From an uncultured Candidatus Saccharibacteria bacterium (GTDB lineage Bacteria; Patescibacteriota; JABMPQ01; JAQVVF01): 64,000 bases of DNA. The notes under the pieces are model-generated. The model saw nothing but the letters and a program-made list of their open reading frames with translations. It did no database searches and was not told the DNA's origin. Each line of letters begins with the position of its first letter. Position 1 is the stretch's first letter. Of this stretch, positions 63,231 through 64,000 are shown one piece after another. Made by a program: the position numbers and the translations under genes. The stretch spans positions 108,596 to 172,595 of the forward strand of contig CAZNOH010000002.1 in assembly GCA_964574655.1 (NCBI GenBank). Direction: 5' to 3'.

Positions 63231-64000
63231 ATGAAGATAAGATCAAAAATTTTAATAATTTCAATTGTACTTCTTATTACGGTAATAATAGGATCTTTAG
63301 TGATACAATATTTTTTTAAAAACAGAAGTGAAAATCAGCTAAATGCCGCATTGGAACAAGTCAATAGCGGCAACCCATTATCTGTAGAGGAAAATAATAT
63401 AATAAAGCGCTTGGTATCTGGCGAATCAATTTATTATCCAAATTTATCAAACGATGGAAAAGAGCTCGTTTATTTTTCAAACGATAAAAATAATTTTGTA
63501 ATTGCAAACCTAGATACAAAAAAAAGTCTTCTCCCTATGCCATTCGAAAAAATTGATAAAATTCTTGACATTACCTGGCTAGCAAATAATAAAATTGCTT
63601 TAGTAAAAAGTGCGAAAGAAAATTTAGAAGAAGGAACAGCTACACAAGAGTATTCAATTTACGATTTAAATAACAAAAAAAGGATTTCTTTGACGAATTT
63701 TAACAACGGATTAATAATTAATGATTCTCAATTCATTTATCAAAATTCAGAAGACGGTGCATTATATCTTTCTGATTACGAACAACAAAATCCCGAAGTG
63801 CTTATCAGATTTAATAATCCAGAGGATGCATTAAAAATTGTTTTTATCAGTACAAATAGCCAGTTCCTTTATTATTTGTATCCAGCTCAAGGCTCAGATA
63901 AATATAGTTTGCATCGTTTTGAATATGCCAACAGGGAGGATAAGATAATCACCGAAAATATCAATGCCACGCTATCTGACAAAAGTGGCACAAAAATATT
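63231..64000 (+). CDS. 5' part of a paralog of 60178-61419 (TM plus PD40-like repeats); runs off the window
   Basis: MKIRSKILIISIVLLITVIIGSLVI, then LSNDGKELVYFS. Open to nt 64000. Confidence 0.5.
   Translation, partial: MKIRSKILIISIVLLITVIIGSLVIQYFFKNRSENQLNAALEQVNSGNPLSVEENNIIKRLVSGESIYYPNLSNDGKELVYFSNDKNNFVIANLDTKKSLLPMPFEKIDKILDITWLANNKIALVKSAKENLEEGTATQEYSIYDLNNKKRISLTNFNNGLIINDSQFIYQNSEDGALYLSDYEQQNPEVLIRFNNPEDALKIVFISTNSQFLYYLYPAQGSDKYSLHRFEYANREDKIITENINATLSDKSGTKI

Noticed and set aside
1-64000. Alternative genetic code (UGA=Gly, as in Gracilibacteria/Absconditabacteria).
   Set aside because: Long uninterrupted ORFs for conserved proteins (IF-2, PcrA, RNase Y) are obtained with the standard code. 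TGA terminates pcrA (46420-46422) and occurs freely in spacers.

Overview
This 64-kb window is AT-rich, roughly 30% GC judged by eye. It most likely comes from a small-genome Candidate Phyla Radiation (Patescibacteria) bacterium. Three things support this: VirB2/TrbC-type T4SS-pilin modules, several large GT-C-like membrane glycosyltransferases, and Firmicute-style housekeeping genes. The standard genetic code applies, and TGA is used as a stop.

Gene content from 5' to 3':
- A tandem array of five pilin-module genes (1-2803).
- Three polytopic envelope glycosyltransferase-like membrane proteins (2989-7945).
- A compositionally foreign, GC-rich four-gene operon of zinc-ribbon proteins (8011-11695, minus strand), next to tRNA-Leu(UAG) at 12015-12097.
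- A sugar-phosphate cluster (HAD/beta-PGM-like, APH-family kinase, PFK, RHH-fused NDP-sugar pyrophosphorylase, bifunctional PGI/PMI).
- A set of surface proteins: lamin-tail-domain protein, GH18+Fn3 protein, and a 1024-aa Cys-rich protein ending in a DUF4214 domain.
- A conserved informational block: recF, DUF721, darA, infB, rbfA, nrnA, cdaA, cdaR, clpP, rny, ymdB, galT, hup, pcrA, rsmA.
- A T4SS-like cluster (49456-63208): VirB6-like, PrgI/VirB3-like, a VirB4 split into two ORFs, a lipoprotein, and a VirB1-like lytic transglycosylase fused to an SGNH hydrolase with an internal pilin module.

The most unusual feature is in the DNA itself. Almost every intergenic spacer between native genes holds a long imperfect-to-perfect inverted repeat, 60-140 nt, about 25 copies in the window. 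The arms are built from short AT-rich words (ctaaat, tacgaat, caattt, tagcaaat, acaaaca, ttctaattt). A GC-containing centre often carries cgacg or cgaatcg. Several copies share near-identical cores. One appears to be inserted in frame inside pcrA, and one sits between the two VirB4 halves.

Genes with visibly elevated GC are instead preceded by near-consensus sigma70 promoters and strong Shine-Dalgarno sequences. These are the zinc-ribbon operon, a Cys-rich small-protein paralog pair, two isolated small genes, and APH-kinase/PFK.

No CRISPR array, rRNA gene or integrase is visible.
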